Positions 17,762-28,023 of a stretch of 64,000 nt of DNA are shown here, piece after piece; position 1 is the stretch's first letter, and every line of letters starts with the position of its first letter. Made by a program: the position numbers and the translations under genes. Below the pieces are notes generated by a model. That model made no database searches and was not told the DNA's origin. It was given only the letters and a program-made list of their open reading frames with translations. The DNA comes from Candidatus Sulfomarinibacteraceae bacterium (GTDB lineage Bacteria > Acidobacteriota > Thermoanaerobaculia > Thermoanaerobaculales > Sulfomarinibacteraceae): the NCBI GenBank assembly GCA_963741385.1, contig CAVUHO010000003.1, positions 134,833 through 198,832 on the forward strand, given 5' to 3'.

Positions 17762-18652
17762 TTACGGCGTGCAGTTCACGGCGTGGACCTGGTCGGTTCC
17801 GACGATTACCTGTCCGCTCAGCAACGTGCCTTTGAGCATCAGCTGCCTGGTCGTGCACGCCAGCGCGATGTCTGCAATCGTGAACCGTGCGAGAAGATCG
17901 ACGTTTCCGTCCGAATTGACATCCTTGAATACCTTGTTGGCGAGGGCCGCTTCCTGCCCGGTTGCGCCCAGATGCAGGCTGGCGAGGTCGATTTGATGCG
18001 GATCAAACGTAGGAGATCCGAAAACTGCAACCGCGAGCTTCCCGGCGCTCTGGGGGTCGACGTGATTGTTCGCATTGTTCGGATTGATGTCGATGGACAG
18101 CTTCTGCTGGCCCGGGAGGTAGGCGAAATTGTCCAGGACCATGTAGGTGTTGTCGTACGAGAACTCGACCCAGGAGATGTCCACCGGACTTTCGACGCCG
18201 AAGAAGTCCGGCGTCCACGGCACGAATGCAGGACTGAGCGAGAAGACCTCGCCGGTGGAGAGGCGGATGGTGTAGGAGCCGGCCACGTTGTAAAAAGGCG
18301 ACAGATCGGTCCCGAAGGCGTAGGTTCCGGCGGGGAGGACCACCCGCAGACCCTGGGACGGGAACACGTAGAGCGACTGATTCCAGTAGCTGCGGGCACC
18401 GACGAAATCCGCGCCCCTCAGCGTGATCGGCGAAAACGCGACGTCGTTTACTGGAAACGTGATGACGCACCCGTCGTCGCGCGTCGTGAAGTCGATGACC
18501 GTCGACGGGGTCCCGACTGCCGCCTCCCAGGTCGAACGATCCGTATACGTGACGCTTTGCGCTGAGCCAGTCAGGGCCGGCAGGAGCAGCGCGGCAAAGC
18601 AGACGCTCTTGAGGAATCGGGCCGACAGAGGTTGTTGATATGGAGTCTTCAT
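17762..18652 (-). CDS. Secreted hypothetical protein
   Basis: 296-aa ORF with signal peptide ...FAALLLPALTGSAQS. No recognised catalytic motifs. Confidence 0.6.
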   Translation of the reverse strand: MKTPYQQPLSARFLKSVCFAALLLPALTGSAQSVTYTDRSTWEAAVGTPSTVIDFTTRDDGCVITFPVNDVAFSPITLRGADFVGARSYWNQSLYVFPSQGLRVVLPAGTYAFGTDLSPFYNVAGSYTIRLSTGEVFSLSPAFVPWTPDFFGVESPVDISWVEFSYDNTYMVLDNFAYLPGQQKLSIDINPNNANNHVDPQSAGKLAVAVFGSPTFDPHQIDLASLHLGATGQEAALANKVFKDVNSDGNVDLLARFTIADIALACTTRQLMLKGTLLSGQVIVGTDQVHAVNCTP

Positions 18653-18944
18653 ATCGTGAGCGTTGCACCCTTTTTGAACAAAAGCAATACCCTCCTCAAC
18701 GTTCTGACCAGAAAATGTGAAAAACGGCAGAGGGGACTCCGGCCCGAGTTCAAGCGAAGTCCGGCACCTATGGGAATATTCTGACGCTGCACCGCGTCTT
18801 CCAGTGCTCGAACAGGGGATCTCGTGTCGCGGGAGGTCGCACCAGGCGGTGACATGGTAGTTTGTGAGCGCAATCAGACAGGTTCATGCATCCGGACGGA
18901 CGTCCCTGATGTCCCGCATTCAGAACTCTCGAGGAGGCTGTTCA

Positions 18945-20477
18945 ATGAAAACGTCAATCGCGCTGGTGCTTTCGTTCTCGTTGGTCGTGTTCGCCGGGTC
19001 GTCTGCGACCATCGCTCGAAGCGAGGACACCGCCGGCGGGGAAAAGACCGCAAAGGCTGAGATTCCGGCTGCCAAGGTCTTTCAATCCGACCACCAACTC
19101 GCGGTCGGCGGCCGAACCGTCAACTACACGGCGACCGCCGGGACCATGTTGATGAAGGACGACGCCGGCAAGCCGGTGGCCCTCTTCGGCTATACGGCTT
19201 ACATCGAGAAGGGGGCCGACCCGGCCAAACGCCCGATCCTCTTCGCCTACAACGGGGGCCCGGGCTCGGCGTCCGTCTGGCTGCACATGGGCATTCTCGG
19301 TCCGCAGCGGGTCGTCGTGACCGATGCCGGTTTCACGCCCCCCGGCCCCTTCAAACGCGTGGCGAACGAGTTCAGCATTCTCGATGTGGCCGACCTCGTG
19401 ATGATCGATCCGGTCGGAACGGGCTACTCGAAGCCGGTGGGCGAGGCCGAGGGCAAGGACTTCTGGGGCGTCGACCAGGACATCAAATCGGTCTCCGCCT
19501 TCATCGCCCAGTACGTCACGCAGAACGGCCGCTGGGCCTCGCCCAAGTACCTGCTCGGCGAGAGCTACGGCGGGATGCGCTCCGGAGGCGTCGCCTACCG
19601 CCTCCTCACCACCCACAACCTGGCGCTCAACGGCGTCATCCTGGTGTCCCCCTATCTGGATTTCGTGGCCGGCACCGCCGGTCTCCAGGTCGACCTGCCG
19701 TACGTGCTCTTCTTCAGCGCGTACGCGGCGACCGCCTGGTACCACGACGTTGTCCCGGACAAGCCTGACGACCTCCTGGCCTTTCTCGCGGCGGCAGAGG
19801 ATTTCGCCGAGACGGTGTACGCCCCGGCCCTCTTCAAGGGCAACAGTCTTCCCCAGGCGGAACGCGCGAAGGTGCTCGCCGGGATGACGCGCTTCACCGG
19901 GATAGAAGAGGAGTACTGGGACCGGGCCAATCTCCGCATCGACGAGATGCACTTCTCGAAGGAGCTGCTGCGCCGGCGCAAGGAAACGGCCGGGCGCGCC
20001 GACTCCCGATTCAAGGGAGAGAGCATCAACCTGCTCGCCGAGCGCTTCACCTACGACCCCTTCAACTCATCGGTGGGCCCGGCATTCGCAGCCGCCTTCA
20101 ACGACTACTATCGGGCCGATCTGGGCGTCGACTTCGAGCAGGACTACGTCGTCTCCGGTGAGCTCTGGAAGAAATGGGATGAAACGCACGACCAACCCGA
20201 CGGCGGCGCGTGGGGCAAAGTCCCATTCGCCAACACGGCCATCGACCTGACCTACGCCATGGTGCAGAACCCCAACATGAGGGTGCTCGTCAACCAGGGC
20301 TACTTCGATCTCGCGACGCCGTTCGGGGTCACCAACTACGTCATCGACCACATGAAATTGAGCCCCGAGCTGCAGAAGAACCTCGTGATCGAGTACTACC
20401 GAGCGGGACACATGATGTACATCCACCCCCCCTCGATGGCGAAGTTCAGGGAAACCCTGGCGAACTTCATCGAGTGA
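18945..20477 (+). CDS. Peptidase S10 family serine carboxypeptidase
   Basis: ATG at 18945 after GAGGAGG. Signal peptide [22 protein letters not shown]10 signatures [18 protein letters not shown] and the nucleophile motif GESYGG. Confidence 0.85.
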   Translation: MKTSIALVLSFSLVVFAGSSATIARSEDTAGGEKTAKAEIPAAKVFQSDHQLAVGGRTVNYTATAGTMLMKDDAGKPVALFGYTAYIEKGADPAKRPILFAYNGGPGSASVWLHMGILGPQRVVVTDAGFTPPGPFKRVANEFSILDVADLVMIDPVGTGYSKPVGEAEGKDFWGVDQDIKSVSAFIAQYVTQNGRWASPKYLLGESYGGMRSGGVAYRLLTTHNLALNGVILVSPYLDFVAGTAGLQVDLPYVLFFSAYAATAWYHDVVPDKPDDLLAFLAAAEDFAETVYAPALFKGNSLPQAERAKVLAGMTRFTGIEEEYWDRANLRIDEMHFSKELLRRRKETAGRADSRFKGESINLLAERFTYDPFNSSVGPAFAAAFNDYYRADLGVDFEQDYVVSGELWKKWDETHDQPDGGAWGKVPFANTAIDLTYAMVQNPNMRVLVNQGYFDLATPFGVTNYVIDHMKLSPELQKNLVIEYYRAGHMMYIHPPSMAKFRETLANFIE

Positions 20478-20649
20478 AGACCGAATGGGTGCCAGCGCCA
20501 TTCCGGTGGCGGGATTGTCGCGCGGCGGCGGGTCGCCAGCACGTGAAAGATCGGGACCTGTGATCCACCACTGGCGGCCCGACCTTCCATCGTGGACGAC
20601 GCAAAGTCCCGTGGTTTAGGTCTATGATGGGGCCGAAAACCGACCCATT

Positions 20650-22011
20650 ATGACTCATTCCGGCGAACACTCCCATCCTGACCTCAACATCCTTGTCGTG
20701 GATGACGAGCCGAACATCCGCAAGACTCTCTCCTACTGCCTCGCCGCCGAGGGGCACACCGTGATTGCGGTGAGCAACGGCGAGGATGCCGCCGAGGAAG
20801 CGCGGGGCCGGTCCTTCGATGTCGTCTTCCTGGATCTCAGGCTCAAGGAGAGTGACGGCATGGAGCTGATCCCGGTGATGTTGTCCGGCTCACCGTGGAC
20901 GAAGATCGTCGTGATCACCGCGCACGCATCGATCGAAAGTGCGGTCGACGCGATGCGGCGCGGCGCCGCGGACTACATCGCCAAACCGTTCACGCCTGAC
21001 CAGGTCACGCATGTCGTGCGGCGCCTTGCAGAGCTTCGTCGACTCGAATCTGAAGTCGTCACCCTCAGGGAGGGCCTGCAGATGCTCGAACCCGGGGATC
21101 GGCTGCAGAGCGGCAACCCGGGGATGCAAAGGGTGATCGAGACCGCCCGACGCTCCGCCTCCTCGGAGGCGATCATCCTGCTCGAGGGCGAAAGTGGCAC
21201 CGGAAAATCCGTGCTGGCACGAGCTATCCATCGCTGGAGCCCGAGAAGCTCGAAACCGATGGCGTTGGTCGCCTGTCCGGCGGTACCGACGGATCTCCTG
21301 GAGAGCGAGCTCTTCGGTCATGTCAAGGGCGCGTTCACCGGCGCAGTCGCGGATCAACCTGGACGGGTCGCCTCGTGCGAAGGCGGTTCGCTCTTCCTCG
21401 ACGAGGTTGCCGAGATGGCACCCTCGGTACAGGCCAAGCTGCTTCGTTTCATCCAGGACAAGGAGTACGAGCGTCTTGGAGAGTCGAAGCCGCGCAGGGC
21501 GGACGTGCGCATCATCGCCGCCACCAACGCAGATCTCGAACAGCGTGTGGCGGAGGGGCGGTTTCGAGAGGACCTGTTCTACCGGCTCAACGTCATACGG
21601 TTGACGATCCCGCCCCTTCGAGAGCGGCGCGAGGACGTGATGCCGCTGGCGACGGATTTTCTCGCGCACTTCGGTCGTGCCAACCACCGGAGGATCCTCG
21701 GGTTTGGTGATGAGGCGAAACGGAGCTTGACCGAACACAGCTGGCCCGGAAACGTCCGAGAGCTTCAAAATGCCATCGAACGCGCCGTGATCCTGGGGAG
21801 CGGAGAGTGGATCGAGATTGCAGACCTCCCTGAGAGTATCGTTGCCGCGGAGAGCACGGTTTCCATCGGCGACCTCGTACCGCTGACGGCGATCGAGGAG
21901 CGACACATCAGGAAGGTTCTGGCCCGGACCTCGTCGCTTCAGGAGGCGGCGGACATCCTGGGTATCGACCAGGCGACGCTGTGGCGTCGAAGAAAATCCT
22001 ACGGCATCTGA
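20650..22011 (+). CDS. Sigma-54-dependent response regulator (NtrC family: REC, AAA+ and Fis-type HTH)
   Basis: 453-aa ORF. REC (ILVVDDE...DVVFLDLRL). Walker A GESGTGKS. The sigma-54 contact motif ESELFGHVKGAFTGA. C-terminal HTH (LQEAADILGIDQATLWRRRKSYGI). Confidence 0.9.
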   Translation: MTHSGEHSHPDLNILVVDDEPNIRKTLSYCLAAEGHTVIAVSNGEDAAEEARGRSFDVVFLDLRLKESDGMELIPVMLSGSPWTKIVVITAHASIESAVDAMRRGAADYIAKPFTPDQVTHVVRRLAELRRLESEVVTLREGLQMLEPGDRLQSGNPGMQRVIETARRSASSEAIILLEGESGTGKSVLARAIHRWSPRSSKPMALVACPAVPTDLLESELFGHVKGAFTGAVADQPGRVASCEGGSLFLDEVAEMAPSVQAKLLRFIQDKEYERLGESKPRRADVRIIAATNADLEQRVAEGRFREDLFYRLNVIRLTIPPLRERREDVMPLATDFLAHFGRANHRRILGFGDEAKRSLTEHSWPGNVRELQNAIERAVILGSGEWIEIADLPESIVAAESTVSIGDLVPLTAIEERHIRKVLARTSSLQEAADILGIDQATLWRRRKSYGI

Positions 22012-22134
22012 TTCCGCGCCCGGGCTGCTGTCGCATTGAAGCATGCAAGGTCGGGGTGGCGGCTCTCTTTCAACTTTCAATGCATGCAGCGTCGGTTGTC
22101 GTTGGAACTGGTGTGATTCCAATATCTTGAAAGT

Positions 22135-22150
22135 TGGCACCACTGTTGCT
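22135..22150 (+). promoter_or_regulatory. Sigma-54 (-24/-12) promoter
   Basis: TGGCAC-cactg-TTGCT matches TGGCAC-N5-TTGCW exactly. It lies 32 nt upstream of the kinase start (22182) and 124 nt downstream of the NtrC-type activator gene. Confidence 0.7.
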
Positions 22151-22181
22151 CTACGGCCTGATGCCAGGGAGGTCCCGTCGA

Positions 22182-24015
22182 ATGAGCTTGAAACGGAAAA
22201 TTCTGACCGGATACGGCGTGGTGTTCGTACTCATGGCGCTGGTCATCGCCTGGGCGGTCGCCAACCTGGTGTCCCTTGGAAGAGCCACATCCGCCATTCT
22301 CAGTGAAAACTACCGGAGCATTCTCGCGGCGGAAAACATGGTGGATGCCCTGGAGCGTCAAGACAGCGGCGTTCTGCTCGTCTACCTCGGCGAAACGGAA
22401 TCGGGGATTGCACAGGCTCGCGAGAACGAGGCTTTGTTTCTCGAATGGCTGGCGCGGGCGAAGGACAACATCACCATTCACGGCGAACGGGAGCTCGTGC
22501 AAACCATCGAGGCCGATTACGAGACCTATCTCCGTCTCCTTTCCTCTGTGAGAGGCACCGACGCTTCGGCCGGCCCTCCGGGGCTGCCCTCGTCCTACCG
22601 CGAATCGGTTTTCCCCGTGTTCGCAAAGGTGCGCGAGGCCTGCATCACCCTGCGGAGACTCAACGAGGAAACGATGTACGGCGCCAGCGTTCGGGCGGCT
22701 GACGTCGCCGGACGGGCCATCTGGTCGACGACCCTGGTGGCGGGCGTGGCACTGACCATCGCCCTGGTTTTCAGCCTCGTCCTGTCCGAACGCATCGTCG
22801 GGCCGATCCGTCGCTACATGACTGCATCACGGACGATCTCGTCGGGCGACTACGGAGTCCACGTGCCGGTCGAGACCCAAGACGAATTCGGCCAGCTGGC
22901 CGAAGAGTTCAACCGGATGGCCGCACAGCTCGGCCGGTACCACGAGATGAACATCGAGCAGATCATCGAGGAAAAGAACAAGGGTGAGGCCGTTCTCTCC
23001 AGCATCGAGGACGGTTTGGTGGTTTTCGACACCGATCTCAGAGTGACCGCGGTCAACCCGGCGGCGAGACGTCTGCTCTCACTGGACGCCTCCGACATCT
23101 CGGCGCTGCAGTGCGAGGACGTGCTGCCGGACGCTCAGATCTGCAAGCAGATCCGCGCAACAGTCCGAACCGGAGATCAACCGGACCTTCCCGACGAGGA
23201 GCGGGTCCTCACCCTGTCAAGCGACCGGCAGGTCCGCCATTTTCTCTATTCCGTCACACCGATCCGCCGCAAGGACAGGGTCCTTTCCGGTATCGTGCTG
23301 CTGCTGAGAGATATCACCCGCATCAAGGAGGTCGAGCGGCTCAAGAGCGAGTTCATCATGGCGGCGTCCCACGAGCTGCGGACACCGTTGACCAGTCTCG
23401 GGATGAGTGTCGACCTGCTCCTGGAGCACGCCGCGCGGGACCTCTCCGAACAGGACCGCGAGCTCCTGCAGGCGGCCCACGAGGAGGTCCATCGAACCAA
23501 AGCGCTGGTCGCGGACCTGCTCGACCTCTCAAAGATCGAAGCCGGAAAGATCGACATGGACTTCGAAATGGTTTCGATTCCCGACCTTTTCAGGCGTGTG
23601 CACGGAGTCTTCAAGACTCAGGCGGACATGAAGTCGATCACTCTGACGACGGACGCGAGCCCGGGCCTGCCCGCGGTCTGGGCAGACTGCCAACAAGATC
23701 ACCTGGGTGATGTCGAACCTGATCTCCAACGCCCTACGGTACGTCAAGCCGGGCGGCCGGATCGACCTCGAGGCCAGGGAGGCCGGCCCCCGCGTCCACC
23801 TCTCGGTGCGCGATAACGGTCCGGGAATTCCGGCGGAGTACCACAGCAGGATTTTTCAGAAGTTCGCGCAGGTGCATGGACGGGAGACGGACGGGTCGGG
23901 TCTCGGGCTCGCCATCTGCAAGGAGATCGTGCGTGCTCACGGTGGGACGATCTGGGTGGAGTCGCCGCCGGACCAGGGGTGCACCTTCACGTTCACCCTT
24001 CCTGTGGATCGGTAG
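22182..24015 (+). pseudogene. Sensor histidine kinase (helical periplasmic sensor, HAMP, PAS, HisKA, HATPase_c) interrupted by an apparent 1-nt frameshift near 23688
   Basis: ORF 22134..23816 carries the sensor, HAMP, PAS and H-box (AASHELRTPLTSL) and then runs into Arg/Pro junk after ...LPAVWAD. The ATPase domain (ANKITWVMSNLISNALRYV...DNGPGIP...GSGLGLAICKEIV) continues in the +1 frame as ORF 23707..24015. Removing t23688 restores one reading frame. Confidence 0.75.
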
Positions 24016-24023
24016 GAGGAGCC

Positions 24024-24749
24024 ATGAAGAGGCAAGCGGTTCTCGTGGTCGACGACGAGAAGAACATCCGTCTGACAGCGGCCCGGTCGTTGCGGCCGCT
24101 CGAGGTGCAGATCGAGGCGGCGGTCAACGGAGAGGAGGCCCTTGCGAAGCTCGGCCAGCAGCCGTTCGACCTGGTTTTCCTGGATCTGAAGATGCCCGGT
24201 ATGGGTGGAATGGAGGTTCTGCGCCGGATCAGGAGCAACTGGCCGCAGGTGCGGGTCGTCATCATCACCGCCCACGGAACGATCGACACAGCGGTCGAGG
24301 CGATCAAGCTGGGAGCGAGCGATTTCCTGCAGAAACCCTTCAGCGCCAACGAGATCCGAGACGTCGCCAGGGCGTCGCTCGAACACGTTCAGTCGCCTCG
24401 TGAGGGCGCGGTCGACAGTCGCTCCCTGCTCGAGCTTGTCAGACGCCACATCGCAAACCGGGATCTCGCGGCCGCTCGAGAAACCGTGTGCCGAGTGATC
24501 GCGGCGGACCCGACGGAGGTGGAGGCGTACAACCTGCTCGGTGCGCTGCTGGAGACGAATGGTGACTGGTTGGGCGCCCAGAAGTTCTACCGGGCCGCGC
24601 TCGACATGGACCCGACCTTCAAACCGGCGCAGGCGAACCTCGAGCGCACGACCTCCTGGAGTAAATCGGGCGAAATCCAGCTCGGCGCCGATCAGGGAGA
24701 CGCCGGCACTCCGCAGGCGACGCCTCGGGGGGGCCGAGATGAAGACTGA
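24024..24749 (+). CDS. Response regulator with REC and a TPR-like C-terminal domain
   Basis: ATG at 24024 after AGGAGGA. REC motifs VLVVDDE, DLVFLDLKMPGMGG and ITAHG...KLGASDFLQKP. The C-terminus carries TPR-like helices (EAYNLLGALLETNGDWLGAQKFYRAALDMDP). Confidence 0.85.
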   Translation: MKRQAVLVVDDEKNIRLTAARSLRPLEVQIEAAVNGEEALAKLGQQPFDLVFLDLKMPGMGGMEVLRRIRSNWPQVRVVIITAHGTIDTAVEAIKLGASDFLQKPFSANEIRDVARASLEHVQSPREGAVDSRSLLELVRRHIANRDLAAARETVCRVIAADPTEVEAYNLLGALLETNGDWLGAQKFYRAALDMDPTFKPAQANLERTTSWSKSGEIQLGADQGDAGTPQATPRGGRDED

Positions 24750-25179
24750 CCGTTACATCGTCGTTGTCGGATGCGGGCGATTGGGCTCGCTCCTCGCGAA
24801 TCGCCTGAGCCGCGACGGGAACGCGCTCGTCGTCATCGACCGCGACAGGGCGACGTTCGACGACCTGTCCCTCGAGTACAGCGGCTTTCGCGTCGAAGGC
24901 GACGCGACCCGGCTCGCCGTGCTCAACCAGGCAAAGGTCGGGAACGCCGATGTCCTGATCGCGACCACCCACCAGGACAACGTCAACCTGATGGTCGCCC
25001 AGGTTGCTCGTCGGATCTTCGGCGTCGCCACTGTTCTTGCCAGGGTTTTCGACCCCAAGAGAGAGGAGGTCTACTCCCGGTTGGGCATCGACACCGTGTC
25101 GCCGATCTCGTTGGCTGCGGAGAGGTTCTTGACGTCGATTGACTCAGGGGGGATCGCGACCAATGGAGCCTCACTATGA
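24739..25179 (+). CDS. TrkA-N (RCK NAD-binding) domain protein
   Basis: ATG at 24739 overlaps the end of the upstream gene. YIVVVGCGRLGSLLA Rossmann motif. 146 aa, N-domain only. Confidence 0.8.
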   Translation: MKTDRYIVVVGCGRLGSLLANRLSRDGNALVVIDRDRATFDDLSLEYSGFRVEGDATRLAVLNQAKVGNADVLIATTHQDNVNLMVAQVARRIFGVATVLARVFDPKREEVYSRLGIDTVSPISLAAERFLTSIDSGGIATNGASL

Positions 25180-25838
25180 GGGTGCTCATTGTCGGCGGCG
25201 GGAAAACGCTCTACTTCCTCTGCCGGAGCTTCACTGCCAAGGGGTACGAGGTCGTCGTGGTCAACCGCGACCGCGAGGAGTGCGCCCAGATGGCCCGTGA
25301 ATTGAGGGCGGTCGTGGTCGAAGGTGACGCGAGCGACGCCGGCATCCTCGAGGAGGCCGGCGCGAGAGTGGCAGACGTCGTCCTCGCCATCACCCCCAAC
25401 GACCAGGACAACCTGGTCATCTGTCAGCTCGCCTCACTCCAGTTCGAGGTGCCACGGGTCCTGGCCCTGGCGAATGACCCGGAGAACGCCCGGATTTTCG
25501 AAGAGCTTGGGGTTTCAGCGTTTTCGACCACGAAGATCGTGAGCAATCTGATCGAACAGCGGGCGGCGGTGGAACAGATCACGAACCTGTTGCCGGTCGG
25601 CGAGGGGCTGGTCAACGTCACGGAGATCGTGCTGGAGGCCGATTCCCCGGTCGCCGGGAAAGCGCTCAAGGACATCATGCTGCCCGAGAACGCTCTGATT
25701 GCAATCGTCATCCGCGGAGGCAAGCCGATCGTTCCACGGGGCACCAGCGTATTGGCAGCGCGCGATCGTCTGGTCCTTGTGACCTTACCCGAAAACCACG
25801 GCCCGGTTGTGAAGGCCCTCACCGGCGAGCGGATCTGA
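25176..25838 (+). CDS. trkA: Trk/Ktr K+ uptake regulatory subunit (RCK N+C)
   Basis: 220-aa ORF with RVLIVGGGKTLYFL Rossmann motif and a C-terminal TrkA-C pattern (VTEIVLEADSPVAGKALKDIMLPENALIAIVIRGGKPIVPRG). ATGA overlap with the upstream gene. Confidence 0.85.
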   Translation: MRVLIVGGGKTLYFLCRSFTAKGYEVVVVNRDREECAQMARELRAVVVEGDASDAGILEEAGARVADVVLAITPNDQDNLVICQLASLQFEVPRVLALANDPENARIFEELGVSAFSTTKIVSNLIEQRAAVEQITNLLPVGEGLVNVTEIVLEADSPVAGKALKDIMLPENALIAIVIRGGKPIVPRGTSVLAARDRLVLVTLPENHGPVVKALTGERI

Positions 25839-25850
25839 AGGGGAATCGTC

Positions 25851-27341
25851 GTGCGCGAAAGGGAGCACCTCCGTTTGCGTTATCGCGCGATCGCGTCCTT
25901 CGTCGGGCCCATTCTGGTGGCGGCCGGCGTGGTGATGATGTTGCCGCTCCTGATCCTCCCGAGCCACCCGGAGGAGGTACTTCGGGCACCGGCGTTCGTC
26001 GTTCCGGCCGCCGGTCTGATCGTCGTCGGCGGCCTGTGCCACAGAGGCATTCGCCGTCCCGCCGGTATCGTGCTGTCGATCCAGGAGGGGGGCATCATCG
26101 TGGTGATCACCTGGATCGTGGTCATTCTCGTGTCAGCCTTGCCGTTCGTGTGGCTGTCAGGTCTCACATTTTCGCGGGCGGTGTTCGAAGCGGTGAGCGG
26201 GTGGACCACGACCGGGCTTTCGGTCGTCGACGTCAACACTGCGGGCCCCCTGATCCTCCTCTGGCGAAGCGTCATGCAGCTGGCCGGCGGAGCGGGGTTC
26301 GCCATCATCATGATGTCGTCGATTCTCGGACCCACCGGGGTCGGTTTCGCCACGGCCGAGGGCAGGAGCGACCAGCTCGTTCCCCACGTCCGCGCGTCGG
26401 CACGTCTCGTCCTCGCCATCTACTCCGTGTATGCGGTGGCCGGCGTCCTGGCCTATCGGCTGGCCGGCATGTCGTCCTTCGACGCGGTCAACCATGCGTT
26501 CGCGGCGATCTCCACCGGCGGTTTCTCCACGCGCGCGCAGAGCATCGGCTACTGGGATTCCGTGGCTGTCGAGGCAGTGACGTTGCCGCTGATGATTCTC
26601 GGCAACCTCAGCTTTGTTACGGCGTGGTTCCTTGTGCGCGCAAAGCTCCGTTCGGTTGCGAGAAACGGCGAGGTCCGGCTGCTGGCGATCGTGGTTCCCC
26701 TCGCCGCGGCCATGATGTTCTTCCTGACCTGTCGGACGATATACCCTCAGCTTGGGAAATCGATTCGGGTGGCGGTGTTCGAGACGGTCACTGCACTCAC
26801 AACGACAGGTTTCTCGACTGTCAGCTACGCCGACTGGAACGCTTCCGGCATCCTCCTGATGATCGCCTTGATGCTGATCGGCGGCGGCACCTGTTCGACT
26901 GCGGGTGGCATCAAACAGTTTCGGGTGCACCTCCTGGCCAGCACTCTGGTGTGGGACCTCAAACGAGCGCTCATGCCGCGCACGGCGGTCGTGGCGCGTC
27001 CCGTTTGGGAGGGCGACCAGCGGGTCTTCGTGGACGATGCGAGGGTGCGACAGGTATCGACCTTCGTCTCCCTGTACCTGATGTCGTTCGTCGTTGGCAC
27101 GATGGTCCTGTGCGCCTGTGGCTACAGCCTGGGCGAATCACTGTTCGAGTTCGCATCCGCCCTCGGAACGGTCGGGTTGTCGGTCGGGGTGACGTCTCCC
27201 AACATGCCGGACGTCGCGCTCTGGGTAGAGGCTGTCGGGATGTTTCTCGGTCGGTTGGAGTTCATGGTCGTGATCGTGAGTGCGCTCAAGCTCGCCAAAG
27301 ACATGCGTCGCGCAATGGCGAGAGAATCCCACGGCAGCTGA
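25851..27341 (+). CDS. trkH: TrkH/KtrB-family K+ transporter membrane subunit
   Basis: 496-aa multi-TM ORF (GTG start) with loop motifs SGWTTTGLSV, STGGFST, LTTTGFST and GGIKQFR. Confidence 0.85.
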   Translation: MREREHLRLRYRAIASFVGPILVAAGVVMMLPLLILPSHPEEVLRAPAFVVPAAGLIVVGGLCHRGIRRPAGIVLSIQEGGIIVVITWIVVILVSALPFVWLSGLTFSRAVFEAVSGWTTTGLSVVDVNTAGPLILLWRSVMQLAGGAGFAIIMMSSILGPTGVGFATAEGRSDQLVPHVRASARLVLAIYSVYAVAGVLAYRLAGMSSFDAVNHAFAAISTGGFSTRAQSIGYWDSVAVEAVTLPLMILGNLSFVTAWFLVRAKLRSVARNGEVRLLAIVVPLAAAMMFFLTCRTIYPQLGKSIRVAVFETVTALTTTGFSTVSYADWNASGILLMIALMLIGGGTCSTAGGIKQFRVHLLASTLVWDLKRALMPRTAVVARPVWEGDQRVFVDDARVRQVSTFVSLYLMSFVVGTMVLCACGYSLGESLFEFASALGTVGLSVGVTSPNMPDVALWVEAVGMFLGRLEFMVVIVSALKLAKDMRRAMARESHGS

Positions 27342-27345
27342 TGCC

Positions 27346-27969
27346 ATGTGCCTCGATACCCGCGTGACCCGCGAACCCAGGGTGCGAGCCCTTTGGGTCC
27401 TGGTGTGCGACCCGGGCGGCGCCAGCGACGGCAGGCCGTCACCGGGCAAAGACGAATGGGTTCACAGCGCGGTCCACTGTCTGCACCGGGCGGTGGACGG
27501 CGCGCATGACGTGGTCGTTGTCTGCTTCGGCGATGCATCGATCGGGAATCGAGCTGCATTGGTGGAACTGTGCGCCGCACTGAAGCAGAACTCTCATACC
27601 AGGGAGCGCCCCGTGCTCGCGTTGATCAGAGCGCGACATCGAGGACTGATCGAGGATCTGGAACGGGCGCAGGTCGATTTCGTTTGCGTCGTGGGAGAGG
27701 CCGATCTGGACCCGGCCGCCGTGCGGGCGATCCTCCAGGAGGTGGGGCCGGACGACGAGCTGCCACGTTTCCTCGACACACTCTGTCCGTTGATTCACTA
27801 CTGCGCCGATGACGCCGAGCACGAGCTTGCGGTGTGCGGGGGGTACCTGGACCGGCTCGTGCTGGGGGGTAATCGTTTGCGTCGTATCTGCGAGACCCGT
27901 GAACATCTCCGCTGCGAGTACTTTCTGAGTCCCAAGCCCAAACGAACGCGCCGGGCCGGTCACAGTTGA
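27346..27969 (+). CDS. Hypothetical protein with a receiver-like N-terminal pattern and a Cys-rich C-terminus
   Basis: ATG at 27346 within ORF 27280..27969. It has the codon bias of its neighbours. C-terminal cysteines: CPLIHYC...CGG...C...C. No recognised family. Confidence 0.45.
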   Translation: MCLDTRVTREPRVRALWVLVCDPGGASDGRPSPGKDEWVHSAVHCLHRAVDGAHDVVVVCFGDASIGNRAALVELCAALKQNSHTRERPVLALIRARHRGLIEDLERAQVDFVCVVGEADLDPAAVRAILQEVGPDDELPRFLDTLCPLIHYCADDAEHELAVCGGYLDRLVLGGNRLRRICETREHLRCEYFLSPKPKRTRRAGHS

Positions 27970-28023
27970 TCGGCGCCACGAACCCTGTTGCTGCATGAGC
28001 TGTCTGAAATCGGGGCAGATCGA

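Noticed and set aside
20890-22143. 417-aa antisense ORF opposite the NtrC-type regulator. Similar cases: 41592..43169 opposite rnr, 60251..62704 opposite the S8 gene, and 54585..55634 opposite the GGDEF gene.
   Set aside because: No recognisable domains and biased composition. Each lies fully inside a gene with strong family signatures on the other strand.
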